Shown here: positions 23,656-38,829 of the stretch, one piece after another | Numbering within the stretch: the first letter of the stretch is position 1 | Layout: each line of letters begins with the position of its first letter | Assembly: GCA_002269645.1 (NCBI GenBank) | Contig: NIVC01000906.1 | Span: forward strand, 62,001 to 126,000 | From: Macrostomum lignano | Lineage: Eukaryota | Direction of reading: 5' to 3' | DNA: 64,000 nt | Position numbers and translations under genes: made by a program | Notes under the pieces: model-generated | Database searches by the model: none | The model's input: the letters and a program-made list of their open reading frames with translations, nothing else | What the model was told of the DNA's origin: nothing

Positions 23656-24296
23656 CGTATCATATAAGGCTCTGGCGCATGCGGCATTTTCAGAATTCCT
23701 TAAGCCGTCTCATTTAATGCTTTGCCATTTTAACGCCGCCTCCCGCAAGTGCCAATCAGAGGCCATAAAAGCCACGCGTTACATTCCAAAAAAATTTCTA
23801 GAGTCATAAAACCTTCAGTGCAGAAGCTTTCCCAGTGTTTCACAGCTTGCAGTGCGTCAAGAGGGTCTGGGAGAATGTGTTTGACACTCGGATTCTTGTA
23901 AAAATTCTCCCAAGCTCCGTGTGCTGCCTCTTAAAAAAATTTTAACGCGAGGATCAGGGCGGGGATTACGGTGCCAATGCGAATTTGCAGGCACGCTGTG
24001 GGGAGTCGGCCGGGAGGAAACCCCCGCGGTGCGGGAGCGGGCTTTCGCGGGCTCCAGACAGAATGGCTCTGGTTTTGGCGATTCTTCCCAATCATTTTGC
24101 GACCAAGTTCCCCAACGCCCCGCTGGGTCTTCCCGGGAGACTGCGGAAGGGATTATAGGGGATTCCTGATTTGACTGGGAGGGGCTTTACCGGACCCGGC
24201 ATCTTAGCGGGACACGAGTTTTCGGGAAGGTGATAGTCTTGCCTAGGAATGAAACGCTAAATCAGGTAGATAAGCACAATGCATAAGCACAAACAA

Positions 24297-24895
<599 letters not shown>

Positions 24896-25344
24896 CTACA
24901 AGCCAGCACAGTTGCGTGACTGCAAAGCAATTAGACAGCCTGAGCATTTGTCTCCGCCACAAAGGCCCGCAGCCCCGGAGTCCTGCATGTTGATGCGCAG
25001 TGAAGCGAGCACCAAGGGGGCCTCTCTTCCAGTAGGGAAGCTACGGAACCGCTCGGCACAAAGGCCAACTAATTGAGAGTCGGAGTCAGCACCAACCCCC
25101 AGCCGTGTGCTGGAAGGTTGTTTATGAAAAAATCCCAAATTTAGTTTCAGTGACAGCGGCCACTGCAGCCTCCCGTGCCGCCCATCCTTTATAACGGAAA
25201 AACCCACGTAACTGAGCCGCCCCAGCTCAGCTGTCACTCAGCTCTCATTAGCGAAGGTGATGCGGAATCAAATTGCTCATTTTTGTAGGATTGCTCTCAT
25301 CGGCTCCGGTTCTGTTGTCGGTTTAAAATGTACCGTGCATGGGA

Positions 25345-26265
25345 ACACCTTCTAGCACACCTTCTAGCACACCTTCTAGCACACCTTCTAGTACACCTTC
25401 TAGCACACCTTCTAGCACACCTTCTAGCACACATTCTAGCACACATTCTAGCACACCTTCTAGCACACCTTTTAGCACACCTTCTAGCACACATTCTAGC
25501 ACACCTTCTAGCACACCTTCTAGCACACCTTCTAGCACACCTTCTAGCACACCTTCTAGCACACATTCTAGCACACCTTCTAGCACACCTTTTAGCACAC
25601 CTTCTAGCACACATTCTAGCACACATTCTAGCACACATTCTAGCACACCTTCTAGCACATCTTCTAGCACACCTTCTAGCACACATTCTAGCACACCTTC
25701 TAGCACACCTTTTAGCACACCTTCTAGCACACCTTTTAGCACACCTTCTAGCACACCTTTTAGCACACCTTCTAGCACACATTCTAGCACACATTCTAGC
25801 ACACATTCTAGCACACCTTCTAGCACACCTTCTAGCACACATTCTAGCACATCTTCTAGCACACCTTCTAGCACACATTCTAGCACACATTCTAGCACAC
25901 CTTCTAGCACATCTTCTAGCACACATTCTAGCACACCTTCTAGCACACCTTCTAGCACACCTTCTAGCACATCTTCTAGCACACATTCTAGCACACCTTC
26001 TAGCACACATTCTAGCACACCTTCTAGCACACCTTTTAGCACACCTTCTAGCACACATTCTAGCACACATTCTAGCACACATTCTAGCACACCTTCTAGC
26101 ACACATTCTAGCACACCTTCTAGCACATCTTCTAGCACACCTTCTAGCACACATTCTAGCACACCTTCTAGCACACCTTTTAGCACACCTTCTAGCACAC
26201 CTTCTAGCACACCTTCTAGCACACATTCTAGCACACCTTCTAGCACACCTTCTAGCACACCTTCA
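25345..26265. repeat. 12-bp minisatellite CACCTTCTAGCA abutting a Pax6 donor
   Basis: Tandem periodicity. Confidence 0.96.
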
Positions 26266-26273
26266 AGTCTCAC

Positions 26274-26342
26274 CTCTCTTTGATTTCCTGATGCCCTTGA
26301 CCGCAGGTGCATGCAGATCATCTTCAGACGATACGGACTGAC
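26274..26342 (-). CDS. Pax6: Pax6 69-nt N-terminal exon (QSVSSEDDLHAPAVKGIRKSKR)
   Basis: Acceptor ACTGCAG|, donor G|GTGAGA; phase 1/1; joins to give KSKR-G-HSGVNQ. Confidence 0.75.
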
Positions 26343-26779
26343 CTGCAGTGATTAATAAATATAACATGGCTGATACAATCGCAAAAGTTGTATCTTACAA
26401 GTATATAATAGACTCGGGGCCCACATTGACAATGACTCAATATTTACCATGCAGCATGCACTGCAGCACCTATATCATACCTTTATTCTCTGTCCCATAA
26501 GTTTGGGGGCGCATCTATAATTTATTAACTTAGCAAGGAGTTGCTCAAAAATACACTCAGAGATCAATAAATTAGTTAAGAATCGCAGCATATGCACATC
26601 TATATGCCTTGTATAGATCTGGGCCAGTCATAAGGCGTATATACATAGGGAAATAATTAACTGCATGTTGTTGTACATTTGCAGTTCCGCTTGGGTGCAA
26701 TAACTGCCTTCATGAGCAGGAGCAGCAGGAGCGGAGAGGACAGCTGCATGGATGCAATGACAAGTGGAGCCTCCCTACA

Positions 26780-27335
26780 AGGGGTGAGACTACGGGTGAG
26801 AGAAAGGGGTGAGACTAAGGGTGAGAGAAAGGGTGAGACTAAGGGTGAGAGAAAGGGGTGAGACTAAGGGATAGAAAGAGGTGAGACTAAGGGTGAGAGA
26901 AAGGGGTGAGACTAAGGGTGAGAAAGAGTGAGACTAAGGGTTAGAAAGGGGTGAGACTAAGGGATAGAAAGGGGTGAGACTAAGGGATAGAAAAGGGTGA
27001 GACTAAGGGATAGAGAGGGGAGACTAAGGGTCAGAAAGAGTGAGACTAAGGGATAGAAAGAGTGAGACTAAGGGATAGAAAGGGGTGAGACTAAGGGATA
27101 GAAAGGTGTGAGACTAAGGGATAGAAAGGTGTGAGACTAAGGGATAGAAAGAGTGAGATTAAGGGATAGAAAGGGGTGAGACTAAGGGATAGAAAGGAGT
27201 GAGACTAGGGTGAGAAAGGAGTGAGACTAAGGGTGAGAATAGAAGTAAGACTAAGGGTGAGAATAGAAGTGAGACTAAGGGTGAGAATGGGAGCGAGAAA
27301 AAGGGTGAGAATTGGAGTTAGACTAAGTGCGAGAC
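26780..27335. repeat. ~22-bp GTGAGACTAAGGGATAGAAA minisatellite
   Basis: Tandem periodicity. Confidence 0.92.
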
Positions 27336-27682
27336 AGTGAGACAGGACTTCGAAAATTACAATTTGGTTAGTAAATTACATGCATATATTATATTATAAA
27401 TATTTCAAAGCATATTTAACTGACCTGCAATCTTAACAACAAACTATAAGGTTGCAATGACAACTGCACGAATTTATAAACTATATATTTGATGTAAAAA
27501 ACATCTTTTTTGCCTATGATTTCCGAACTCGCCAAAGCTTAACACCGCGTGTGTTGGCGTGTGGCATCTAAAGAAATCAATTTCTTCTCAACTTCTCTTG
27601 CTATTTAGGTGCCTCCCCCATGTAATACTCCTATCGATAGCATGTTCCACACGCAATAGGCAAACAGGCAAATGTTGTATAC

Positions 27683-28019
27683 CTGCAGATTTTTCTGAAG
27701 CAACGGTAGGGGCTACTGCAGGAAGTTGATGAGGCTGAGGAGGCTGGACAAGTGCTGTAAGTCCATCAGATTGGCCGAGTGGATGCTGCTGATGAAGTCC
27801 GTGATGCAGGTGCTGCTGATGATGAACTGCCGGATGCTGCAGGTGAGTCTGATGGTGAGTCTGATGGGGCTGCGGTTGCAGCTGCTGCTGGTGCCCTGCG
27901 GTCATGTGCATCGCCGCAGCGGGTGGAGGATGCAGGGCTGCATGTTGCTGGCCGTAGTTCTCCAGGTAGGCACAGTTGCTGTGCACATGATGATGCTGAT
28001 GCTGCGGATGCTGCATCAT
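27683..28019 (-). CDS. Pax6: Pax6 probable first coding exon, His/Gln-rich extension
   Basis: ATG at 28019; H/Q-rich low complexity typical of transcription factors; donor G|GTATAC phase 1 in frame with the 69-nt exon. Confidence 0.65.
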
Positions 28020-29029
28020 ACCTATTTGTTCACCGCTTTATAGTATATAGTAATGTATATAGTATACAGACTAACAAGTGTAGACTTGAACTTTGCTTCA
28101 GTGGGCGACTTAACTCAAGCGTATATTGTGTAATGTGATTTCTCGTGCCAGCGCAAGCTGAATAAGCAGGAGCAGTCTGGGGCTGTTCAAGACCCACTGG
28201 CTTGGAAATCAAGTAGGCAGCAGGGCGGCGCCTTCACTGTGTCCTCCGACGGCCAATGGGAACTGCAGGCGTGGGAGCCCGCCAGCCAATTGGGAGCTGT
28301 CGAGACGGGAGACGGTCCTCCCGCTTGTGATCCAACCGAATTTAACGCTTCAACAAATTCTAAAAAGGCCCCTCCGTTCTTCTCTCCGCCTCTGGGCGGG
28401 CCTCTTCCGTCCTTCCTTATTCTTAATATATTTCCTTGTTACATAAATTTTGCTGCTTCTTCTGCTTTGCTTCTTCTAAAAGCAGAGCCAAGAGAGCAGC
28501 GCTTGTATGGCCTCTCTAACATCTACCTGTTTAATTCTTCTATAGTAACTAGTTTACCATGTAAGCATGTTACCTTAGGACTTCCAGGTATAGGCCAAAT
28601 CAGGGTTAGACTACTCCCCCCATCAGCATCAAAGCAGGCACATTTTATTCACGCCCCGAGGGCAAGCAGCAGCAGTTGTTGTGCAATCATCACCTGTCAC
28701 CTAACAATATGTTATCAAATGTGAGAAGACTATAAGAGTTGTCAGACAGGGCCTATGTATAAGAAATCTGAGCCACACGCAGAAGCATGCATAGCATCTC
28801 CGTTTGCAGTACTGTTTGACATAAATGAAGCTTTCTGTCTTCTTTTGGAGCTAATTAATACTTATCAAATTATATGTTAAATAGTTTTAGCTAGGCTGCG
28901 TTTGTATATTATGATAAATCCGCAAGTTTAAACAGATTCAAATTTGTTTTAACTGAATTCTATAATAGCCCGAGCTATTACTCTGTTTAATATTCAATTT
29001 TACCTGAGATATCGTGTGCACATAGAAAT

Positions 29030-29550
29030 ACCCGAATACCCACAACGAAAATTTGGTAGATAAGAATACCCAGAAATATCCACAGATATAGAAATACCCA
29101 TATATAGAAATCCCACAAATATAGAAATACCCATAGATATAGAAATACCCATATATAGAAATCCCACAGATATAGAAATACCCATAGATATAGAAATACC
29201 CATAGATGTAAAAAAACCCATAGATATAGAAATACTCATAGATGCAGTAATACCCACAGATATAGAAATACCCATAGATATAGAAATACCCATATATAGA
29301 AATCCCACAGATATAGAAATACCCATAGATATAGAAATACCCATAGATGTAAAAAAACCCATAGATATAGAAATACTCATAGATGCAGTAATACCCACAG
29401 ATATAGAAATACCCATAGATATAGAAATACCCATAGCTCGTAGATATAGAAATACCCATAGATATAGAAATACCCATAGATATAGAAATACCCATAGATA
29501 TCGAAATTCCCATAGATGTACAAAATATGCATAGATATAGAAATACCCAT
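29030..29550. repeat. 18-bp ATATAGAAATACCCATAG minisatellite
   Basis: Tandem periodicity with an internal block duplication. Confidence 0.92.
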
Positions 29551-30319
29551 AGTTTTCAGAAGTACCCAAGCCCCTAAAGAAGCATCTCAGCAGAGTACAA
29601 ACTTCACTCCAATCAATTCACTCGAAAGACAAAAAAACAATTAAAAATATACAATTAAACTAACAGACTGCCTCTCAAAAATCTCTATTCAGAGACTTCA
29701 CACTGAGCTGCTGCATGGATCCATGGTTGCCAAGGTCTTCTCAGAGACTTCAACCCTCGTTTCACTGTTTCCCTCAGGCCTCTCGCACAGCATCCAACAT
29801 CGCCTTGAGGCACTGAGGCTGTTGCTCTCCATGCATTTACCCCCACCAACCCCCCCGCCCCCCCCCCAAGTCGATAATTGACTACTCACAGTGAGCAGTC
29901 TGTCTATCTATAATCTATCTATACTTGAGACAAGAATTGGACTAATTTATTCTTCGATGTATAGAAAAACTTTCACCGAATCTAAGAAATTATGCGCCCG
30001 ATAGCACAGAGCGGGAACCAAGGGGAATTAAACAGGCCTCACGCTGTGTCACCAGCCGCATGGCTTCATACTACCCCCCCCCCCTGAAGCTAAAAAAAAG
30101 ATCAAGACGCCGGTCAATTGGCATGGAGACCAAATTATAGCGTGCAGACAGTCCAGATTGAATCTAAGTACCATAAGTGTGCGACCGATAATTTCACTGC
30201 CTTATCACCAATAACTGCGAATTACAACCATGGATTGTTATCAATACGGGCCTTTTTTGACGCAATTCTTTAAAGTTTGGTCTTTAGGATAGGGAATATT
30301 GAGACTGGGCGAGGTAGTC

Positions 30320-30852
30320 AAGGATGAGATGGCGGGAGAATCAAAGGGTGAGATGGTGAGAGAGTCAAAGTGTGAGATGGCGAGAGAGTCAAAGGTGAGA
30401 TGGCGAGAGAGTCAAAGGTGAGATGGCGGGAGAGTCAAAGGTGAGATGGCGAGAGAGTCAAAGTGTGAGATGGCGAGAGAGTCAAAGGTGAGATGGCGAG
30501 AGAGTCAAAGGTGAGATGGCGGGAGAATCAAAGGGTGAGATGGCGAGAGAGTCAAAGTGTGAGATGGCGAGAGAGTCAAAGGTGAGATGGCGAGAGAGTC
30601 AAAGGTGAGATGGCGAGAGAGTCAAAGGTGAGATTGCGAGAGAGTCAAAGGTGAGATGGCGAGAGAGTCAAAGGTGAGATGGCGAGAGAGTCAAATGTGA
30701 GGTGGTGAGAGAGTCAAAGGTGAGGTGGTGAGAGAGTCAAAGGTGAGATGGCGAGAGAGTCAAAGGTGAGGTGGTGAGAGAGTCAAAGGTGAGGTGGTGA
30801 GAGAGTCAAAGGTGAGATGGCGAGAGAGTCAAAGGTGAGGTGGTGAGAGAGT

Positions 30853-30918
<66 letters not shown>
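30320..30918. repeat. 23-bp GGTGAGATGGCGAGAGAGTCAAA minisatellite followed by (GA)n
   Basis: Tandem periodicity. Confidence 0.93.
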
Positions 30919-30921
<3 letters not shown>

Positions 30922-31509
30922 AGAGCAAAGAGCCAGTAGACAGACGAGAAGAGGACAGAGAGGAGCGACCATATGAAACTCGGGCGCATCAGGGCAACAG
31001 TCAGGGGGGGGGGGCATTTACAGATGAAGTTTATCTGTTCTGTCGTACCATGGGAGGCGGCTGAAATACAAGCAGAAAAATCTGTGCACCCAGAGCCATC
31101 AGCAAGGTTCGGCAATTGCTTATTTGTACAAGGCCTGCATACCGCAACTGCAAACCCCCCCCTTCAGTTATAGGGATTTTAAACCTGCGCCCCAACTTAA
31201 TCCCAAAAATCACTTCAGTTCATAATTGCAGGCATTGGGAATGGGAGCTATAGATTCCCACGGGCCAAGGAAGGGTAATGATAATATTTGTGGGAGAATT
31301 ATATATAATGTAGGGGGGATTTGAAAGGCCAATAAGAAGTCATACACAGCACTTATTGGCATTTGTGTGTGCGTGTGAGTTATTTGTTTTTCTGCATATT
31401 TCTTGGGGATGTCATCGCGAATGGCTGTCTGTCCGAGTCTCTTTAAGCCCCTGCGATCTCTTATCAGTCTTGTCTGACCACCGCTTGCACAGGGAGTTCG
31501 CTTGTTCGG

Positions 31510-31915
31510 GATAATTTGGGGTGATGCAGGGCGGTGATGGAGAGGGCGGATTGAAGGGGCGGATGGAATGGAGTGATGGAGAGGGCGGATTGAAGGGGGC
31601 GGATGAAATGGAGGGATGGAGAGGGCGGATTGAAGGGGGCGGATGGAATGGAGGGATGGAGAGGGCGGATTGAAGGGGCGGATGGAATGGAGGGATGGAG
31701 AGGGCGGATTGAAGGGGGCGGATGGAATGGAGGGATGGAGAGGGCCTATTGAAGGGGGGCGGATGGAGGGGCGGATGGAATGGAGTGTTGGAGAGGGCGG
31801 ATTGAATGGGGGCGGATGAAGGGGCGGATGGAATGGAGTGATGGAGAGGGTGCATCGAAGAGGGCGGATGGAGGGGAAGGGCAGATGAAGAAAAGGGCGG
31901 ATGGAAGGAGCGGGC
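31510..31915. repeat. ~40-bp G-rich minisatellite (GGGCGGAT core)
   Basis: Tandem periodicity. Confidence 0.88.
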
Positions 31916-32134
31916 AGACAGATGCAGAGACTTCATCAGAGAAAGCTGCAACTTCTGCCTTTAGATAATAATATTGGTTTTGTTTGGAAATTTTCCCATA
32001 GAAAAATGATTGGAATAGAATCCCATCGACTCAAAGAAACTGGCAAAACCCCCCACTTAATAATCCCCTGAGATAATAATAACAGCTTGATGAGACTTCG
32101 TGGCCTCTGCGTTTGAGACAAGACAGGCACCAAG

Positions 32135-33051
<917 letters not shown>

Positions 33052-33439
33052 TGATTTAATATATCTTTGCAAGGCTGGTCAATACCGGTAGATGTTAACA
33101 GAACAAGCCTTCAGGGTTAATGAGGCTGTTTACTTTCAGAGAAGCAGATTAATATTCAGTCGGAAAAGATGTGTTTGATGTGCTCTGTCGGTTGGAAATT
33201 GGACAGAAATTGACACAGGTTTGCAAGCCACTTTTTACGAGAATGTTAGTTGAGCATTGAAGAAGAAAACGACAAGCAAAGGCACAAGAAATTGTGTGTG
33301 TCAAATTAGAGTATGAAATGTTTGTGCCTATAGGCAAGGTAACCTGAGCCAGGCTTGCAGCTATAACTTGTGCCGTTGCGTAAAGCAGAAACCGGGCAAT
33401 ATGAGAGAAGGAAGCAAAAATAGAGCTTTATATAGAGAT

Positions 33440-34325
33440 GACTGATGAGAAATGAGATGGAAAGAGAGATGAGATGGCACGGAAGAAAAGAGATATCCCA
33501 CGGTAGAAAAGAGATAAGATGAAATAAGAGAGGAGAGATGGGATGACAAGAGAGAGGAGAGATAAGATGACATGAGAGATGAGAGAGGAGAGATGAGATG
33601 AGAGAGGAGAGATGAGATGAGTGAGGAGACATGAGATGAGAGAGGAGAGATGAGATGACAGAGGAGACATTAGATGAGAGAGGAGAGATGAGATGAGAGA
33701 GGAGAGATGAGATGAGAGAGGAGAGATGAGATGAGAGAGGAGAGATGAGATGAGAGAGGAGAGATGAGATGAGAGAGGAGAGATGAGATGAGAGAGGAGA
33801 GATGAGATGAGAGAGGAGAGATGAGATGAGAGAGGAGAGATGAGATGAGAGAGGAGAGATGAGATGAGAGAGGAGAGATGAGATGAGAGAGGAGACATCA
33901 GATGAGAGAGGAGAGATGAGATGAGAGAGGAGACATCAGATGAGAGAGGAGAGATGAATGAGAGAGGATAGATGAGATAAGAGAGGAGAGATGAGATGAG
34001 AGAGTAGAGATGAGATGAGAGAGGAGAGATGAGATGAGAGAGGAGACATCAGATGAGAGAGGAGAGATGAGATGAGAGAGGAGAGATGAATGAGAGAGGA
34101 GAGATGAGATGAGAGGAGAGATGAGATGAGAGAGGAGAGATGAGATGACAGAGGAGACATCAGATGAGAGAGGAGAGATGAGATGAGAGAGGAGAGATGA
34201 GATGAGAGAGGAGAGATGAGATGAAACCTTAGAGGGATGAGATGATACGGGAGACATGAGATGAGAGAGGAGACATGAGATTAAACCTCGGAGGGATGAG
34301 ATGACACGTGAGAGATGAGAGAGAA
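33440..34325. repeat. 17-bp GAGAGGAGAGATGAGAT minisatellite
   Basis: Tandem periodicity. Confidence 0.94.
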
Positions 34326-34754
34326 AAAAGACAAGAGCAGGGGGCAAGATTGAGCAGCCAACAACTGCAACGCAGAAAATGCCTCTAAAGTTTGCCTCAT
34401 TTATGTTGACGAATGATACACTTAAGCAGAGCTGTCGGTACCCACTGAGAAAGCTGATCTGAAGAGAATTGTAGCAAAATTTCTGCCGTAGTTCTTGTCT
34501 CTTGCTTTTGAGTTGTCTTCAATTGACCAAATGACCTGGTATTGACTCAGGAAAACGTGCAAAAAATTGACTTCAATGATTCCGGAAATTACTATATTGT
34601 TGTTTTTGCGGAAAATCTCGGTTTGCTACCTCGGTGTTAGCTGGGAGTCACGCACTCAGTTACTTTTATTGCTGAGAAATTTGAGCAACATTTTTATAGG
34701 ATGGAGTTTCTATAACTATTAATTTATTATTTGGGATCTCATGTATTCAACGAG

Positions 34755-35700
34755 ATGGAGTTCATGGGATCAGAGTTGTTAGGGTGGGATTTCATGGGAT
34801 CAGAGTTGTTAGGGGTGGGATTTCATGGGATCAGAGTTGTTAGGGGTGGGATTTCATGGGATCAGAGTTGTTAGGGGTGGGATTTCATGGGATCAGAGTT
34901 GTTAGGGGTGGGATTTCATGGGATCAGAGTTGTTAGGGGTGGGATTTCATGGGATCAGAGTTGTTAGGGGTGGGATTTCATGGGATCAGAGTTGTTAGGG
35001 GTGGGATTTCATGGGATCAGAGTTGTTAGGGGTGGGATTTCATGGGATCAGAGTTGTTAGAGATGGGATTTCATGGGATCAGAGTTGTTAGGGGTGGGAT
35101 TTCATGGGATCAGAGTTGTTAGGGGTGGGATTTCATGGGATCAGAGTTGTTAGGGGTGGGATTTTATGGGATCAGAGTTGTTAGGGGTGGGATTTTATGG
35201 GATCAGAGTTGTTAGGGGTGGGATTTCATGGGATCAGAGTTGTTAGAGACGGGATTTCATGGGATCAGAGTTGTTAGGGGTGGGATTTCATGGGATCAGA
35301 GTTGTTAGAGATGGGATTTCATGGAATCAGAGTTGTTAGGGGTGGGATTTCATGGAATCAGAGTTGTTAGGGGTGGGATTTCATGGAATCAGAGTTGTTA
35401 GGGGTGGGATTTTATGGGATCAGAGTTGTTAGGGGTGGGATTTCATGGGATCAGAGTTGTTAGGGGTGGGATTTCATGGGATCAGAGTTGTTAGGGGTGG
35501 GATTTTATGGGATCAGAGTTGTTAGGGGTGGGATTTCATGGGATCAGAGTTGTTAGGGGTGGGATTTCATGGGATCAGAGTTGTTAGGGGTGGGATTTCA
35601 TGGAATCAGGGTTGTTACAGATGGGATTTCATGGGATCAGAGTTGTTAGAGACGGGATTTCATGGGATCAGAGTTGTTAGAGACGGGATTTCATGGAATC
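34755..35700. repeat. 31-bp CAGAGTTGTTAGGGGTGGGATTTCATGGGAT minisatellite
   Basis: Tandem periodicity. Confidence 0.96.
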
Positions 35701-36659
35701 CCAATGGTCAGAAAAGGGATTTTCTGGGATTCAAACAGCTAGATTTAGACACGGCTTCTAAGCGTCTGAGGATCGGGGAAGACTCACATGAGTCTGCCCC
35801 GGGAGCAGATGGCTTGGCAGATGCAGCATCAATCACAGACGTGTTTTGAAGTTTTTTTAGTGCAAGCGGGCCCGGCAGAGTAGGAGGGCGGGGTAACAAG
35901 AAAAAGCAGCACAATGGGATGGGGAACAGTTTTTATCCAGCTATAGACATGGAGCAGGCCAATTGCACAGATGTTAAGCAGGGCATAAAGACATGTGCTG
36001 GGCGTGTCTGGGATGGGGTTGGGTGAGGGGGATCATAGGGTCATCATCAGATTGTCTCAGGCTCCTCAACTTGTAAGACATGATATTCGATAACCAGCGA
36101 GTTGACAATTTTAGTCGATTAATGTGCTACATTTGAGGAGTTGTCATGTCATCCTAAAGTATAGTCCTATTTTCTAATCTCTTCTCCCCCCTCTCTCCTC
36201 TCTCCTCTCTCCTCTCACACCTCTCATCTCTCACCTCTCCTCTCTCATTATTCTTTGTTCATCAGAAATTCGCCGACAAACTCAAGAGCCCCCATCGACT
36301 AGCAGGATTAATGATTAAAACCCGATTAAAATGCAAGACAGATAAATGTAACACCCTCAGCTTGCTGCTGGCACACTCTGAGAGACACCTGTACCTGATC
36401 AAGGATTGCCCAGAAGTTTCAGATGTTCTGACGAAAAAATTATGCTGAAGCACGTACTAGCCAGCCTCATGAGTGGCCTTGGTGGCGAGTTGTCGTCACC
36501 TTCCCAGTTGTAGCACTGCGAGTAATTAATCAACAGATTGACAAAACTCATCATGGAGATGAGCGAGTAGAGCTGAGCATGAGTCATCTAAAATCGTTTG
36601 AAAGTCCCCCAGTGTGGAGATATTGGTGAGCTGTTTGAAAATGCAGATAAAAATAGGCG

Positions 36660-37365
36660 ATGATGAAGGGAGACAGGGATGAAGGGAGACAGATGAAAGG
36701 AGACAGGGATGAATGGAGACAGGGATGAAGGGAGACAGGGATGAAGGGAGACAGGGATGAAGGGAGACAGGGATGAAGGGAGACAGGGATGAAGGGAGAC
36801 AGGGATGAAGGGAGACAGGGATGAAGGGAGACAGGGATGAAGGGAGACAGGGATGAAGGGAGACAGGGATGAAGGGAGACAGGGATGAAGGGAGACAGGG
36901 ATGAAGGGAGACAGGGATGAAGGGAGACAGGGATGAAGGGAGACAGGGATGAAGGGAGACAGATGAAGGGAGACAGGGATGAAGGGAGACAGGGATGAAG
37001 GGAGACAGGGATGAAGGGAGACAGGGATGAAGGGAGACAGGGATGAAGGGAGACAGGGATGAAGGGAGACAGATGAAGGGAGACAGGGATGAAGGGAGAC
37101 AGATGAAGGGAGACAGGGATGAAGGGAGACAGGGATGAAGGGAGACAGGGATGAAGGGAGACAGGGATGAAGGGAGACAGGGATGAAGGGAGACAGGGAT
37201 GAAGGGAGACAGGGATGAAGGGAGACAGGGATGAAGGGAGACAGGGATGAAGGGAGACAGATGAAGGGAGACAGGGATGAAGGGAGACAGGGATGAAGGG
37301 AGACAGGGATGAAGGGAGACAGATGAAGGGAGACAGGGATGAAGGGAGACAGGGATGAAGGGAGC
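36660..37365. repeat. 16-bp AGGGATGAAGGGAGAC minisatellite
   Basis: Tandem periodicity. Confidence 0.96.
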
Positions 37366-38024
37366 CAAACGTTTTGCAACCGTTCTTCATGAAAACTTGA
37401 CTCCGATAAAAACCTGGGCCATATTAAAGTTGCAGAATATTTTCAGATATCCCTGGACACCAGAGATAACAATGTGAATGACTTTCATGACAAGGTAATT
37501 ACATGTGTCAACGGGTCAGCCCAAGCACAATGCTTGCCTTAATGACCCGCAGGGTTTCAAGCTTACAAATATCTACTTGCCAACACCAATGCCAATGCAT
37601 TGCATTCCCATTCTGTCAAGTTCAGTGCAGCAGAAAATTCTCAACTCAACTGCCCCGAGAGACAAAGAATGGAAGAACTCAAGCGGCATCCAATTTGTTA
37701 GGCGGTCGAATCGAAATTGTGAAAGAATGACTGATTGATTTCTGAGCGGTTATTAATACGAGTCTTTAGCCACATGCCCGCATGAGAGTCACCGGCGACA
37801 AAGATGTCATTTACCTCTCAAACCCGACCTCGCGGACCTCGCGGAGACGGGGAGATAAGGGTTGGGATCAGTTTCCCTCCAGCAGAGATAATTGCAGATG
37901 ACGCTGAGCCGACTTTGTTTTCGAGTGGGGAGACTGTTATCGGGAGAGCGGGGGTGTTCTGCCTTGGAGAGTTGCGTCTTTGGTGAAATTTTTTTGAAGT
38001 TGAAGGCTCTGAAGCATGGTGCCA

Positions 38025-38365
38025 AGGAGGCGCCAGAAAGACACTGACAGGGGGCGCCAGAAAGACACTGACAGGGGCGCCAGAAAGACACTGACAGGGG
38101 GCGCCAGAAAGACACTGACAGGGGGCGCCAGAAAGACACTGACAGGGGGCGCCACAAAGACACTGACAGGGGCGCCACAAAGACACTGACAGGGGCGCCA
38201 CAAAGACACTGACAGGGGCGCCACAAAGACCCAGACAGGGGCGCCACAAAGAAACTGACAGGGGCGCCACAAAGACACTGACAGGGGGCGCCACAAAGAC
38301 ACTGACAGGGGCGCCACAAAGACACTGACAGGGGCGCCACAAAGACACTGATGGGGGCGCCAGAA
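38025..38365. repeat. 22-23-bp GGGGCGCCA(C/G)AAAGACACTGACA minisatellite
   Basis: Tandem periodicity. Confidence 0.94.
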
Positions 38366-38829
38366 GGAGACAAACCGTTAGAAGTGAATCAGAAAGGTGC
38401 TAAAAAGAAAAGTCTGAGACCATCTTCAGCTTGCAGGGAAGTTCATTCATAAAAGTTTAATGCAGTCATAAAATATGGAGGCAGACTGAATCACGGGTTC
38501 CGCGAGAAGTTTTGATGAGGCATTTATGCAGGCACTAGCATAAAAGGGGCATATGAAGCAAGTAGTCTCCAGTAAGCATTGATAGCAGATATTCTGACAA
38601 AAAGTATCATGAAACTGCTTCTTAATTTCGCCGATAGCCATGGCCAGTTCTCACGATTTATTTATTGCTTCGAGTAGCTCGAAATGGGGCAATCATCTCT
38701 TATACTTGCTGGTAATAAAACATGTGCTTAGGTCAGTTCAAGCTTACTCACTGTTGCATCTGGGGGGCAGTCAGGATTCGCAACTTATTGCTTTTTGATT
38801 GGAGGCGGCTTTGATTCTTCTGCTGTCTT

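Noticed and set aside
26658-26776. Possible extra Pax6 exon (GGSTCHCIHAAV...MYNNMQ)
   Set aside because: Acceptor phase does not match the upstream donor and no convincing GT donor was found.
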